A stretch of 63,544 nt of DNA, counting the filler, from Lenisia limosa (lineage: Eukaryota > Protista > Breviatea), in assembly GCA_001655205.1 (NCBI GenBank). It is 13 parts of 13 records of this genome, joined end to end, with 100 filler letters (N's around TTAATTAATTAA, not from the genome) between each part and the next. Parts side by side here need not be neighbours in the genome. Positions count along the whole stretch, not along the records: positions 1 to 2,690 come from LPNZ01003051.1; positions 2,791 to 8,800 come from LPNZ01006900.1; positions 8,901 to 12,768 come from LPNZ01009922.1; positions 12,869 to 19,126 come from LPNZ01006884.1; 9 more parts are not named here. One strand, 5' to 3'. A program made the position numbers and the translations under genes. Shown one piece after another: positions 1 to 12,874 of the stretch; the first letter of the stretch is position 1; each line of letters starts with the position of its first letter. A model generated the notes under the pieces. That model was given only the letters and a program-made list of their open reading frames with translations, searched no databases and had not been told where the DNA came from.

Positions 1-175
1 AATCCCCCTATTCTCTCCCCCCCCCCACGCTAGAGTGATGTGATCCGGTGCTTAAGATGCGACTGGCTTTGTTTGTTTTCTTGTTCTCTGCCTCGTGTGT
101 TGTCAGCCAAGAGAGTTGGTTTTGGGCTTTTTTATTTCATAAGTTGTCCAATTGTACTCCCCCCTTGACCATTAG

Positions 176-2486
176 AAACTGAGTCGCTGTGGAGACGGCT
201 CTCTGAAATGGCTCTTTCTTCAGGAGACTTGTTGGTTGCTGAACGCTGCATGGCCGCTCTTGGTTGGGCGAGGGCTCTTAGTTTCCAGTAAAGTCTCTAT
301 TGAACCGAGGATCATTAAGATCCAGCGGTTGAACTGTTCACAAATAAACAGTCACAGAAAACGATAGTTTTTGTTTTTGGCGAAAGACTCATTCCAAAAC
401 AATAAACTCTAATATTGGCTAATAACGCTACTCAGGTGACGTATCGCGCGCACACGCTCTCTCCAGTATTAACCAGCTTGCTCTTGACCTTGGAGGGGGC
501 GACATCCATCAAGGATACCAACACTATCTCGTTCGTTCCAAGGTGGGGGGGGGGGGGTTCAAATCGAGTCTACCTTGCTTTGGTAATGCTGGTTTAAAGT
601 CGAGGTAGTGCAATTAAAACCGGTTTTGCTGTTTCACCTTATACCCAGGTCCACGAATTAAAGGGAGAGTTCAAGGAGGCAGAGTTGGCTCTCACTGATA
701 ACGGCCAAGTGGGGGGACGGGACCAACTCGTTATCCGATCATCATTTTTGAGAATGATTTGTGTCACCAAAGATTCCTTCTGTAGTATTTTCATGTACAA
801 ATCATATCGTATATTATTTGAATTGGTGACACATACATTAATAGTAACCGCGTTCTCTATTAATCAAATATTTAATGGGATAATCCCGTTATATTAGGAC
901 CACAATGAGCCAGTCTCATTGCTTCAGGTTGACCGAGCCATTGCCATGTACCAAGGCGTCCACAAATGGGAACAGAGCATTCAGGTTGCTGAGTACCATG
1001 GCCATCCTGAGGTTTGAGTTGGCCATACCCCCAGCACAGTATTTTTAGCTTCCCTCCTACCTCACGAAGCACGAGCAAAATTATCCCATTCAAAGCACTG
1101 GACGAAAATGGCATTTTTCTTCTCTCCATGTTGCCTTTCATATCTTTCTCTGTGCCTGAGTTTTTTTAGCTTACAGTCTCCTTGCAATCAATTCCCCCCT
1201 TGACCAGTATCAGGTTGCAACCCTCCGAGACAACTATCTCTCCTGGCTGCTGTCTTCGAACCAAGATGACCGCGCTGCCGCAATCAAAGAACAGCAGGGT
1301 AGGGGGTATCACTTTATGGGTGATGGTATTCCATTTTAGATCGACGATCGACGGGAAGAGGTTCATTCTGTGAACGGGTTTGTCCCTCCATTTGTTTATC
1401 CAAGACCAAAATTGTATTAACGCCACCCCAGGAGACTACCGAGCCTCAGTTCAGCTCTATCTCCGTGCCGGCCTTCCCGCCCGGGCCGCCCGCGTCTTAC
1501 AGGCACATGCCTTGGACCATGATGTAGGGGGAGGGGAATATGCTCGGCTATGTCTGCTTAATCATATGTCGCCGTCCTCCATATATTTCGCATTCACCCC
1601 CCTGTTTCACCAAGACAGTTGATTTTGAATTATTTTAGTCTTTACTTCAATTTTCCAATTTTACGTACGCTGGAGTGATGGGATGCGGTGCTGNNNNNNN
1701 NNNNNNNNNNNNNNNNNNNNNNNNNNNNNNNNNNNNNNNNNNNNNNNNNNNNNNNNNNNNNNNNNNNNNNNNNNNNNNNNNNNNNNNNNNNNNNNNNNNN
1801 NNNNNNNNNNNNNNNNNNNNNNNNNNNNNNNNNNNNNNNNNNNNNNNNNGTGGTCAGTTCGCTGTTGCAGGAGATTGCTACTCTCAGCTTGGCATGATGG
1901 AGGAGGCGTTTAAGGCCTATAGGCATGGCCATGCGTATAGACAGGTGGGTGTGGGCGTGCATGAAGTGATCTATTAAACCATCCGCATTTGGGATCTTGC
2001 TAAATTGGCGCTCTCTTCTGTGTACCTGCTTTTGGTAACTCTGACCTTCTGTCATGAACAACAAGAATACACTAAATACAATTTTATATGTGTAATTATG
2101 TATATTTAAACTTGAGCATTAGATTTCTCTACTGTATGCACCTGGTTCAACTGAACTATAATCGTTATCTGACTTTCCNNNNNNNNNNNNNNNNNNNNNN
2201 NNNNNNNNNNNNNNNNNNNNNNNNNNNNNNNNNNNNNNNNNNNNNNNNNNNNNNNNNNNNNNNNNNNNNNNNNNNNNNNNNNNNNNNNNNNNNNNNNNNN
2301 NNNGGGGAGGAGGGAGGGGGGAGGCGGCTTTTCTCTGTTTTTTTTTTGTAACTATGATATCAAAATATTTATCGATATATTCCTCTTTATTGAACCGTCC
2401 TGCTATTTTCCATGCTCACAACGCCCTAGCCTGAAGCGGCGGTGTCACACTACATCGAAGCAGGCCTCTATGAGAAGGCTGCTAAG
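176..2486 (+). CDS. IFT172: Intraflagellar transport protein 172, internal multi-exon fragment (contig-truncated)
   Basis: GT-AG exons translate to ETESLWRRLSEMALSSGDLLVAERCMAALG (176-262), VDRAIAMYQGVHKWEQSIQVAEYHGHPE, LRDNYLSWLLSSNQDDRAAAIKEQQG, DYRASVQLYLRAGLPARAARVL, GQFAVAGDCYSQLG...AYRHGHAYRQ and PEAAVSHYIEAGLYEKAAK. These are collinear with the IFT172 TPR-like region as I recall it. Confidence 0.92.
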
Positions 2487-2690
2487 GTCGCGGTATGAGG
2501 AGGCATGGCGGAATATTCGCTCTTTCTCTCGCTGGCTTCTGTAATATGGCACATTATTTCGGCTGTTTTATAAACATCCTCTGCTGTAGAAGGCTGGCTT
2601 TTGTACCAAACCCTTGTGTTTCAAAAATTTACCGGGTATCTTTGTTTTTTTGAATTCTCCATTTCTACGATGGAATGCGGTGCTGCAGAA

Positions 2691-2790
2691 NNNNNNNNNN
2701 NNNNNNNNNNNNNNNNNNNNNNNNNNNNNNNNNNTTAATTAATTAANNNNNNNNNNNNNNNNNNNNNNNNNNNNNNNNNNNNNNNNNNNN
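2691..2790. other. Artificial contig-join linker (N-TTAATTAATTAA-N); 12 such linkers in the window
   Basis: The identical stop-rich 12-mer sits inside ~100-nt N runs at ~2691, 8801, 12769, 19107, 24507, 26450, 30529, 36455, 44075, 50862, 55554 and 59827. Genes are truncated at these points. Confidence 0.95.
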
Positions 2791-3044
2791 GCGAAGGGCC
2801 GCACCAGTTCAGTTCTGCTCAAAGTGTTCTGACACATCCCCTGGTTGGAAGAGGGGGGGGGCTTTCTTTATAAAACAAACTGTGCAATATCTCTTTCAGC
2901 CAGATACAACCTGATTTCTCATTGCTCTATCATATGCATGATACCCCTTCATCAAAACGCACATTTCTTTTTAACAAAATACGATGCACTATCGTAACAA
3001 AGATTACATGTATTTCTTATTACTCAACACGTTGATCTCTATAG

Positions 3045-6000
3045 GCCCAAGCAAGTGCCCAGTTCTCCGCGCAACAACCCGAACTACCGCCAGCCACCAT
3101 GGCCATGACGGCTTCCGTTCAGGTGCATAGTACACCCATACTCCCATCCCCTCCCAGTCTGCGGGGGGTGGGGTGAAGCCATGCAATTAAAAAGACCTTT
3201 GTAACGTGAATATTTCAAATCACATCAATCCATAATCCCTCGTTTTAGTCCAAAGTACCCAGCCACCGCAATCCTTTGAACCGTCCTTGCCGCTTCCCCC
3301 TCCCTCACAGGGTAGGTAATGGACAAGAGCGGAGCTTTAACCAGAAATGTGGTTGTACTACTCCGTGACTTTCTCCTTGATTAAGAAGGTGTATTTATTT
3401 TTGTTTTGTGGGAAACAATTTTTGAAGTGCTAACCAACCATCTAAACTGACTTTTCAGGCCAAAGCAGCCATCTTTCCCACCTGAACCCTTTCAATCAGG
3501 TATTTGGGGATTACTTCACTTCGTTCCAGGCAAACGTAATTTAATGCGAATTCATTTTGCTATCTCATTTCCTTTCAATTAATTGGTTTATTTCGAATAT
3601 TATTTGCAAAGTAGGTCTTTTGGGGGTCCCAGTAAAGCCCTGTTCATTTTTGTTTAAAAATTTTCCAATTTTACTCCCCACCCAGCAACTTTTGTCCAGT
3701 ATTCTTCATCGGCAGCTTTTTTATTTATTTCATAAATATCCCAGTCCCCTCCCCTCCCCCTCTAAGTGTTCATGGTGTCGGTCACNNNNNNNNNNNNNNN
3801 NNNNNNNNNNNNNNNNNNNNNNNNNNNNNNNNNNNNNNNNNNNNNNNNNNNNNNNNNNNNNNNNNNNNNNNNNCCCGTACCGGAGAATGTTGACGTTCCC
3901 TTTGACGACAGCTTCAACCTTCAGCCCTTCCCGGACAGCGATCAGCTGAGAAGGTGGGTGTAATTGCGTGAATCAATATAAAACTGTTGACAGGATATAA
4001 ATATACAAAGCTCCGGATATCTTTCAAAATCTTCAGACACATCAAAACTCCCGGACAGCTTGAATTTTCCCTATAAAATTACTATAAACTTCATTTTCAT
4101 GTTATTTTCGAAAGTAATTTCAGTCATAATCACAGGATANNNNNNNNNNNNNNNNNNNNNNNNNNNNNNNNNNNNNNNNNNNNNNNNNNNNNNNNNNNNN
4201 NNNNNNNNNNNNNNNNNNNNNNNNNNNNNNNNNNNNNNNNNNNNNNNNNNNNNNNNNNNNNNNNNNNNNNNNNNNNNNNNNNNNNNNNNNNNNNNNNNNN
4301 NNNNNNNNNNNNNNNNNNNNNNNNNNNNNNNNNNNNNNNNNNNNNNNNNNNNNNNNNNNNNNNNNNNNNNNNNNNNNNNNNNNNNNNNNNNNNNNNNNNN
4401 NNNNNNNNNNNNNNNNNNNNCACGGGCCGGATCGCGTGCTGAGTCCCGGAGTGAGTCGAGGTCAGGCAACAAAACACCGCATCGCCGCGGCCGGCCACCT
4501 TCAAGACAGAATACCAAGTGGGGGGTGAAGCAAAAGAGTGCTAGTAGGGGTGGAGTATAAAGATGGTCTAAAATGGCTTAATGTGTTGTATGAGGAGTGC
4601 CGTATCTTGTTTCTTAATTTGCTATACGCTGGAGTGGTGGGATGCGATGCTGTATAAGCGACTGGACAGGACTTTGTTTTTGTTGTTTTCAACCCTCGTG
4701 TACTTCTAGCCAACAGAGTTTATTTTGGTCTTTTGATCTTCTCATAAATTCCTTTTTTATACCCCCCCCCCCCTTAAAGCAGGCCGCTAAACCAGAATGA
4801 ATCCTCAGAGTGTAAGGATTTTTCCATGGATTTGGGGTACAGCCTTTGAATACTTTTGACCAAAATTTATGGATTTGGGGCTCGGTTAAGATTACGTAAT
4901 GAATCTGGTTTAGCGGCCTGCTTCAAGCTTACTTTCTCAGGGTGACGTCACCCCCACGAGCGAAGACCCAGCGCACTGGTGGGATAGGGATGGGGGGGGG
5001 GCTGTATTGGCGACTCTCTGATACTAAAACAATGATCAGAATATGTGGAGGGGCTATATGGATTACACTTTACTTCAGCCAACACGTCTGTGACTTTGTA
5101 GTCACATTCTACCAATTCTTCAACACGCTCTCTGACTTTGTAGTCACATTCCACCAATTCTTCAACGGAAACGTGTCCAAAATTAAGAGGTTCCAATTTA
5201 AGGTCTGGTGTGAGGTAAAATAGACACCTCTGTGTTTGTGTGAGGAGGGGGGAGGGGGCTGTAACAAAATGATGACGAAGATTTGTTCTGTTTCATTTCG
5301 ATACCTTCAAAAGTAGAGGGTACACCTATCTCCTTGCACCTTAAAGCGTACCAATATTTCCTTCACTATTACTAATATTCATCTCCTTGCACTATCAGAA
5401 TATTTCCATTCCCCAAATGGTGACCTCTCAGAGTGACGGGCCCTCGCTGCTCGGTCAGATCCAGAGTGTTGCCAAAAAGGTCAATTCCGTCACCCCCCTT
5501 AAGTTCTTCTCCTACCACTTCACGCATAATGGTTGGGGGGTGGGGTTCTCAAGATCAGAATGAGATTTGGGCAAGGCGACTGATTGATTAAAAGGTCGAC
5601 ATTTGACTCACAAATGCCCAGTTTCTTTCTTATAAATTAAATACGAGTTAAATTTCGGTTTTTGATCAATGTGTGACCTTGGTCCAAATATACCTGAAAT
5701 TCCAATAGCATCTGTATATTTGACTATTTGAAATTGTGACACCACCTAGGATGGACCGTGGATGAAATGCCGACACCAGAGGAGCTGCGTTCGCTTTCTA
5801 AACACAAAGAAATAAGGATCATGTTCTGTGATGTGGGGGGGGGGGGGGANNNNNNNNNNNNNNNNNNNNNNNNNNNNNNNNNNNNNNNNNNNNNNNNNNN
5901 NNNNNNNNNNNNNNNCTTTTAAGCGTGGTTTCCAGATTCTCCTTTTTCATTTATCATTTTCACATAATTATTTATATTTCCTACGTTCCGTCTTACATAT

Positions 6001-6833
6001 ATGTAAAACACTTGCTAATTATGTAGTATTGTATTTTTTTTTTTTTTTTTTNNNNNNNNNNNNNNNNNNNNNNNNNNNNNNNNNNNNNNNNNNNNNNNNN
6101 NNNNNNNNNNNNNNNNNNNNNNNNNNNNNNNNNNNNNNNNNNNNNNNNNNNNNNNNNNNNNNNNNNNNNNNNNNNNNNNNNNNNGGATTCGCCCATTTCA
6201 ATTAGCCAACTGCGTCAGTGGCTCACGGGGCGGTGGGAAAAAGGTGGGTATCCAAGCTACGGCAAATAGCAAGTTGTTATATCAGTTGCTTCAACGCTTG
6301 ACACCAACAGCGGATGTAATACTTGTGTTGCTGGCACATTTGATGAATGAAGTGCATCATGATGATATGATGGCTTTTAATGGAACCGTTAGAATGGTTG
6401 CTGAAATATCTCAATATTAGCATGTTTCATGACCAGATTCGCTCATCCAACTTTGACTCCCCAGGCCGGCAGAAGATGAACCAACTCGGACAAGGCGGAG
6501 GCTCACTGCCCGCCCAGCCCCCCTCCCCTGAAAGAGGTGCGCATGCAGGTGTAATTCATTTCCAATGCCAGCAAATGACAAGATAATCCATATTACTGTA
6601 CTCGGTGTTTATTAGCGCGATTCTACAATAGTGCATCTGCTATGAAAAGCAGCGTCTGGTCAAATGAGTTGATTGGTTGTTCTGAGACCCCCCATCCTTA
6701 CCACTCAGTGATAAACCCCTATTTGGAGAGTTCAGAGTTTCCGTTGGACTTCGGGGCACCCAGCTTTGACGAGATTTGCGCCCAAGAAGACTCGGATAGT
6801 TTTGTTGATGGTACCAAGTATTTCCCAATGTAG
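3045..6833 (+). CDS. Hypothetical multi-exon protein (3' part, no family recognised)
   Basis: GC-richer GT-AG-bounded open segments: AQASAQFSAQQPELPPATMAMTASVQ, PVPENVDVPFDDSFNLQPFPDSDQLRR, GWTVDEMPTPEELRSLSKHKEIRIMF, RQKMNQLGQGGGSLPAQPPSPER and a terminal exon EFPLDFGAPSFDEICAQEDSDSFVDGTKYFPM-TAG. That all exons belong to one gene is an assumption. Confidence 0.45.
4777..4923. mobile_element. Small intronic MITE with 20-bp perfect terminal inverted repeats (CAGG ends, hAT-like)
   Basis: AAGCAGGCCGCTAAACCAGA ... TCTGGTTTAGCGGCCTGCTT with no coding capacity. Confidence 0.75.
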
Positions 6834-7588
6834 AGTAGTGTGTAGTGTTTTAGGTCTGTGATGATGTATTTTTGTATACTAAGATGTACCATGAAACAAC
6901 AAAATAACCGAACCTGTTTGATATGGTATGAATTGTTGCAGGGGGGAGAGGGGCCGAGCGTTGTATCTCAACGTGAATGCCAGTACTGCCGCCACGTTAG
7001 CGGGATTTGTGGCAAGCTAATGGTCTTAGAGCTAGGGCAGGAATTGAGTGATAGAACTTTATTGTATTTTTGGTGAATTAAAGGGGGAAGGATCAGCAAA
7101 AGAAGGTATCATCAGAAAAGTCTGTCAGCCTCAGCATCATATCCAAGTTGTTGTTGTTGTTTTAAAAAAAACGTGTAGTACTTATAAAAAGTCTACGACG
7201 ATTAGAAAAACACTACTGATAACAAGAACACAGAATGACTTGAATTTTTAAGGGATAACCTGTGCCCAGTAAAAAATACTGATATTTTGTTAAATTTTTT
7301 TCACCTCTGATATAACCTTTTGATACAGCTGATTTCGCCCTCTTTTTGATGTGGAAGTAGTCTGTCTGTGCCTCTGTTACTATTTTTTGGCTCAAGACGT
7401 GATCTGTAACTAGATTGACTTTTCAAAGACCAACCCATCTTCCATCTTCTCCGTTCCCCGTCAAAGTTTAAGTTTATAATGTCTTTCCGCTTTTCTATAC
7501 GACAATAATCAGTTAGTTAATCCTCCTTCGCACTTTTCCACAGCCACTGATCTCCCCATCACCCTCTTTCAGCCCCTAAACCACCATT

Positions 7589-8800
7589 ATGGACACAGCA
7601 TCCATCCTTTCTTTCGTTATGGAGTGGGGAGCCATCGTGCTCCTCGTCTCCCTCTCAGGTCTCTTCTCTGGCCTCACCCTTGGTCTTCTTTCGCTTGATA
7701 TCTCCGGTCTCCAAGTAAGCCAGATGGCCATTACTTCAATATTGTCTTTGTTGTGCTGACTGTTTAGATTGTCATAGCTGGAGGCTCTCAGAAGGAAAAA
7801 CTGTGGGTATTGCTTCTGGATTTCCAGAACCCTCTTCATAACATCTTAGCGCCAATCATGCAAAATAACAGTGTATACTCCGCCTCACCTCCTTAGATGG
7901 GCTCAGAAGATCCTTCCCATCCGTGAAAAGGGCAATCTTCTTCTCTGTACCCTTCTTCTTGGCAATGTTGCGGTAAACTCCGCTCTTTCCATCTTGCTCG
8001 CTAGCAAAACTGGAGGTCAGCACCGGGGGGGGGGGGGGTTGATCCAATTTTATAGTCTTCCTTTTTTCGTTCTTGATTATTCCTGCACCAACATCAATGT
8101 CCTTTTTCTTGTTAATGTGTGCTGTTAATCTTGCCCAGGGCTCTATGGTCTGCTGATCTCAACCATCGTCATTGTGACCTTCGGTGAAATTATCCCCCAG
8201 GCCTCGTGCTCCCGCCACGGACTCGGTATGCTAACGGCGGNNNNNNNNNNNNNNNNNNNNNNNNNNNNNNNNNNNNNNNNNNNNNNNNAAGGCTAGATAG
8301 ACACCCCTTGTTCATTTTTTATTGGTTTCATGAAGAGCTCAGATCATGATTTTGAACTTACGTGAAGACTAATCACTTTTTACATGAACTTGTAAACATT
8401 AGTATCCTTTGAGTCACTTTGCATTTCAATTTCAATCCTTAAAGCAGGGTGCCAACCCAGAAACTGGCTCGGATATTCACAAATTGAGCCGAAACCGAAA
8501 GTATTCTGCGTGATTTTTATTTACTATTATAAAAGCAGTTGTTTTGGAAGCAAGAGAGGATATGTTTGTTAAATTCTAGTTAAAAGTAGTTAAAAGGTGA
8601 ACCGAAACTTTTCGTTTGGATCCGTGACAATTATATGGGTTTGCACCCTGATTCAACCCTTGACTCACTTTTCAGCCATCGGTGCCCACACCGTATGGAT
8701 TGTGCGTGTCTTCATCTTCCTGATGTTCCCGGTCGCGTGGCCTGTCTCCAAGGCGCTTGACATTGCATTGGGACAGGAACTGGCCACTGTCTACAACAAG
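7589..8800 (+). CDS. CNNM/DUF21 (CorC-like) metal/Mg2+ transporter, N-terminal DUF21 part (truncated at contig end)
   Basis: ATG at 7589. Exons give [25 protein letters not shown] / [11 protein letters not shown] / [33 protein letters not shown] / [24 protein letters not shown] / [35 protein letters not shown], the canonical DUF21 motifs. Confidence 0.93.
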
Positions 8801-8922
8801 NNNNNNNNNNNNNNNNNNNNNNNNNNNNNNNNNNNNNNNNNNNNTTAATTAATTAANNNNNNNNNNNNNNNNNNNNNNNNNNNNNNNNNNNNNNNNNNNN
8901 CACTTGCACTGTATGCAGCCTA

Positions 8923-11473
8923 CCTCAATTGGACGGTCGTCAAGATTTGGAAACGGGAGGTAGTGGTCATGACTCAGAGCGATGAAGGGCTTCTACAATT
9001 GTAAATGAGTAATAAAGATGATACTCCAAGTTATAGTTGTGATAAAGAAAAAAGAGAGAGTACCAACAGATTGGTCATTTTATAGCTAATAAATATGGTT
9101 TGAAGGGGTTATCAGTGATTAATTTTGGCCCAAACAAGTACCAATTTCTATGAATCCTTGATAAATTGCATCTAATAATTATGCAAATATTATATAATAT
9201 TAGTATTATATCATACATACACTTTATCGATATGTACAGTTTATGCACACTCCCTCGCCCAGACCAATAGGATAATGATGACGTCACTTAACAGCTCGTT
9301 GAAACGTGGCGGTTCTGTCAGAGTTAATGGGAGGCGAGGGGGAGTTAATGGGAGGCGAGGGGGAGTATCAGAGTTAATGGGAGGCGAGGGNNNNNNNNNN
9401 NNNNNNNNNNNNNNNNNNNNNNNNNNNNNNNNNNNNNNNNNNNNNNNNNNNNNNNNNNNNNNNNNNNNNNNNNNNNNNNNNNNNNNNNNNNNNNNNNNNN
9501 NNNNNNNNNNNNNNNNNNNNNNNNNNNNNNNNNNNNNNNNNNNNNNNNNNNNNNNNNAAAACAGCCCAATATCAACTCGATATCTGGAGATGGCCGGGAG
9601 AGGCGGTTCCTGCGTGGGGTGGTTTGCCGTCATTTTGGAATGTTATTCAGGTGTAGGTATTCCCTACGGTCCCAAAAAAAAGAACGAATCTCTCGATAAA
9701 TCCTCGATAAATATCGATATTTTATCTGTCTTTTTCCGACCATAAGGAAGCTCTAGTGTTCAGTATGCACACCTGTGTTATCTATGATGGGTGTATTCAA
9801 ATAACACAGGTGTGCATATTTGAATACGTATCCTATCGCAAAATGAATGCATATCCTATCATATGTATGTGTCGCAAAATGAGCATGATGATGACCCCCC
9901 CCCCCANNNNNNNNNNNNNNNNNNNNNNNNNNNNNNNNNNNNNNNNNNNNNNNNNNNNNNNNNNNNNNNNNNNNNNNNNNNNNNNNNNNNNNNNNNNNNN
10001 NNNNNNNNNNNNNNNNNNNNNNNNCTCTGTGCCCATGTTATCACAACGTCAAAAGCCTCTGAGCTTGGCTAGAGGAGGGGAGTAAAATTGGAGTAGTGAT
10101 GACAGAACCACTTTTATAGGGCCTGAAAACCAGTTTTTCATCCCCCTTTATCCCCCCTCAACTTACCAGCATATTTACTGGGACTTTGTTTCTTTTGACA
10201 CATTCTCCAAGCCGGTGGAAGTTGATTGAAACCCCTGAAGGTCAGAAAAGTGACTTGAATGAAATCAAAAACATTCTTATACTGTTAGCACTTAATATCG
10301 GCTATGACATACTCGTACAATCTGATCCACCAGTTACAGCCCCCCCCCCCACCAGTGGCATGGTTCCACAGTTTCACCCGTTCAAGGAAAACGACGACTG
10401 TTTGGGGCAAACTGTTGCNNNNNNNNNNNNNNNNNNNNNNNNNNNNNNNNNNNNNNNNNNNNNNNNNNNNNNNNNNNNNNNNNNNNNNNNNNNNNNNNNN
10501 NNNNNNNNNNNNNNNNNNNNNNNNNNNNNNNNNNNNNNNNNNNNNNNNNNNNNNTTGGCGTAAAGGTACTAATCACGAATCTGAAGCTCCAAACAAAACA
10601 CTGGGGGTAAAGGGACAATTTATCAAGCACAATAAGTTTTGAAAGCAATAAAAAGTAGAAAAATCTACTCTATGATATGGAAGGGGAGGGGTTATTGCAA
10701 ATAGAAAAAGAAAGGCATCATAGCACTATACATACATATACACGATACAATCAAAGAAATCAAAAAGTAGAAATGAGAAATAAAACAAGTATCAGCCAAA
10801 GCTGAAATCAATAGTAATATGAAAGCAAAATTATTCCAGACCCCCCCTACCAGATTGAGAAAAGTTGGTCATTTGAATCATGTGCAAGATGGACTACGTT
10901 TGGTTACATGTGAGTGGGTAAAGCAAAACCCTCAGAATCATCTCTGTTGGCTAAGCATTTGGGAAGGGAGAAGACCAGTAAACAATCGGTAAGTGTACGA
11001 GAAACTATCATAAAGGTGAAAATCCTAGATGAACAGAGAAATCCTAGATGAATGGAGATACCTTTGAATTGATCCAGTTTTTTTTTGCAAACCCTAGTAG
11101 CTAGTGAGGTTGGAGGGAGGTCCTTGTCATGCACCGTCTCAGGGCTACAGAGGGGAGCGAGTACATCTCCAAGAAGAAGCGTACTGCTGACTCCGGGTAA
11201 AGATACCTAGTAAATCAGTGGGGCGAGCAAAGAGCATTTGAATGATATTAAGATGGGAGCACCATTCTTCACACTACAGTTCCGCCCACACTTCATACCA
11301 CAGAATTCTTTCTCTTTTTTTTTTCTTTAACCCCACGTTCACAACACACCACTCACAGTGTTTTTGGGTTTGGACATTAAGAGGGCAACAGACGTCCGAA
11401 CAGGGGGGCATTCCTTGACCAAGTGCACAAGGCTTTGTATGAAGCTTGAGGACTTAAATTGCTCCTTAAGCTG
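8923..11473 (-). CDS. Hypothetical multi-exon protein fragment (helical, unassigned)
   Basis: Minus-strand splice-bounded segments LKEQFKSSSFIQSLVHLVKECPPVRTSVALL, PPRFNELLSDVIIILL and KPFIALSHDHYLPFPNLDDRPIE. Confidence 0.4.
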
Positions 11474-12009
11474 CGGGGGGGGGGGGNNNNNNNNNNNNNN
11501 NNNNNNNNNNNNNNNNNNNNNNNNNNNNNNNNNNNNNNNNNNNNNNNNNNNNNNNNNNNNNNNNNNNNNNNNNNNNNNNNNNNNNNNNNNNNNNNNNNNN
11601 NNNNNNNNNNNNNNNNNNNNNNNNNNNNNNNNNNNNNNNNNNNNNNNNNGTACATGCACACTACAAGAAGATGCTTGAAAAGAAATCACGCCAGGCAAGA
11701 AACAGAACGGCAATAAACAGCACAGCAATAAAGAACCAACAACTGCAATCAAGCGCCGCATACATATAGTTCGGCCATTCGTTTGGAGAGTTCAGAAGCA
11801 TACGCGCTTGGAAAGTACTGGGAGGGGGGTAACAATGGAAAATTTATGAAATAAAAAAAGCTCAAAATTAACTCTCATGGGTGAGGGAAATGTTACTGCT
11901 TAGAAATAAAAGCTGGAACCGTTTCAATTCATTTTGAAACAATGGGGGGAGGGGCAGCGTGTCTAGTCCCAACTTACTCGCCAACTTTCTAAAAATCCAC
12001 TCTCAACTA

Positions 12010-12515
12010 GTGCTTCACTTTGGTTCGGTTCGGTAAATCCAATAGTTGGTGAAAATCGGTTTCGGTTCGGTTAGGTAAATTGAGATATATCAGTCGGTAA
12101 ACTGACCTTACCGACGTTTACCGACTTTGACAAAAACACAATAAAAAACAACTACAAGAGTATCAAAGTCAATCGGAATACAGATTTGACTAACAAATCA
12201 CTTCAGAATTTAAATAATAATTTTGGTTGGCGATCCAAGTTTTTTTTTTGCTCAAAAAATTTAGATATTTCTAAATGCGCTTTCACAATATCACCTAAAA
12301 TGGTATCATTAAAAAAAAAAAAAAAANNNNNNNNNNNNNNNNNNNNNNNNNNNNNNNNNNNNNNNNNNNNNNNNNNNNNNNNNNNNNNNNNNNNNNNNNN
12401 NNNNNNNNNNNNNNNNNNNNNNNNNNNNNNNNNCGGTAAAATGGCTTTTTGATATCAGTTCGGCTCGGTTCGGTTCGGTAAATTAATGGTACCGAACCGA
12501 ACCGAAGTGAAACTC
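12010..12515. mobile_element. Long (~500 bp) member of the GGGCTTCACTTCGG MITE family with subterminal TTCGG arrays
   Basis: TA|GTGCTTCACTTTTGGTTCGGTTCGGT at the left end and ACCGAACCGAACCGAAGTGAAACTC at the right end; internal N gap. Confidence 0.65.
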
Positions 12516-12874
12516 TCGCCCAGTACGTCCAACCCCCAGCTACATCCAACCCCCAGTACTTTCAATCCTCGTGTGACGAAAGTGGAGAGCACTACTTCGC
12601 TAAGGTCTACCTGGATGTTCGGGAGGTGCTGAAAGGTTATTTTTGGGCACTTAAGCTTCCAAAACCCCTTGTCCTGGCTCCTACATTGGCAACTAGAACC
12701 GGCTTCATGACCGCTTCGGCCAAATGGCTCGCAACAGCATCGGAAATGAGAACTGAGGGGGGGGGGGGNNNNNNNNNNNNNNNNNNNNNNNNNNNNNNNN
12801 NNNNNNNNNNNNTTAATTAATTAANNNNNNNNNNNNNNNNNNNNNNNNNNNNNNNNNNNNNNNNNNNNCCGCAG

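Noticed and set aside
1501-1525. GC-AG non-canonical intron in IFT172
   Set aside because: The reading frame continues through GCACAT... to a normal GT donor (GAT|GTAGGG), so no GC donor is needed.
2736-2747. Recurrent TTAATTAATTAA palindrome as a biological motif or regularly spaced repeat
   Set aside because: It is always embedded in ~100-nt N runs and interrupts genes. This is a standard synthetic stop-codon linker used to concatenate contigs.
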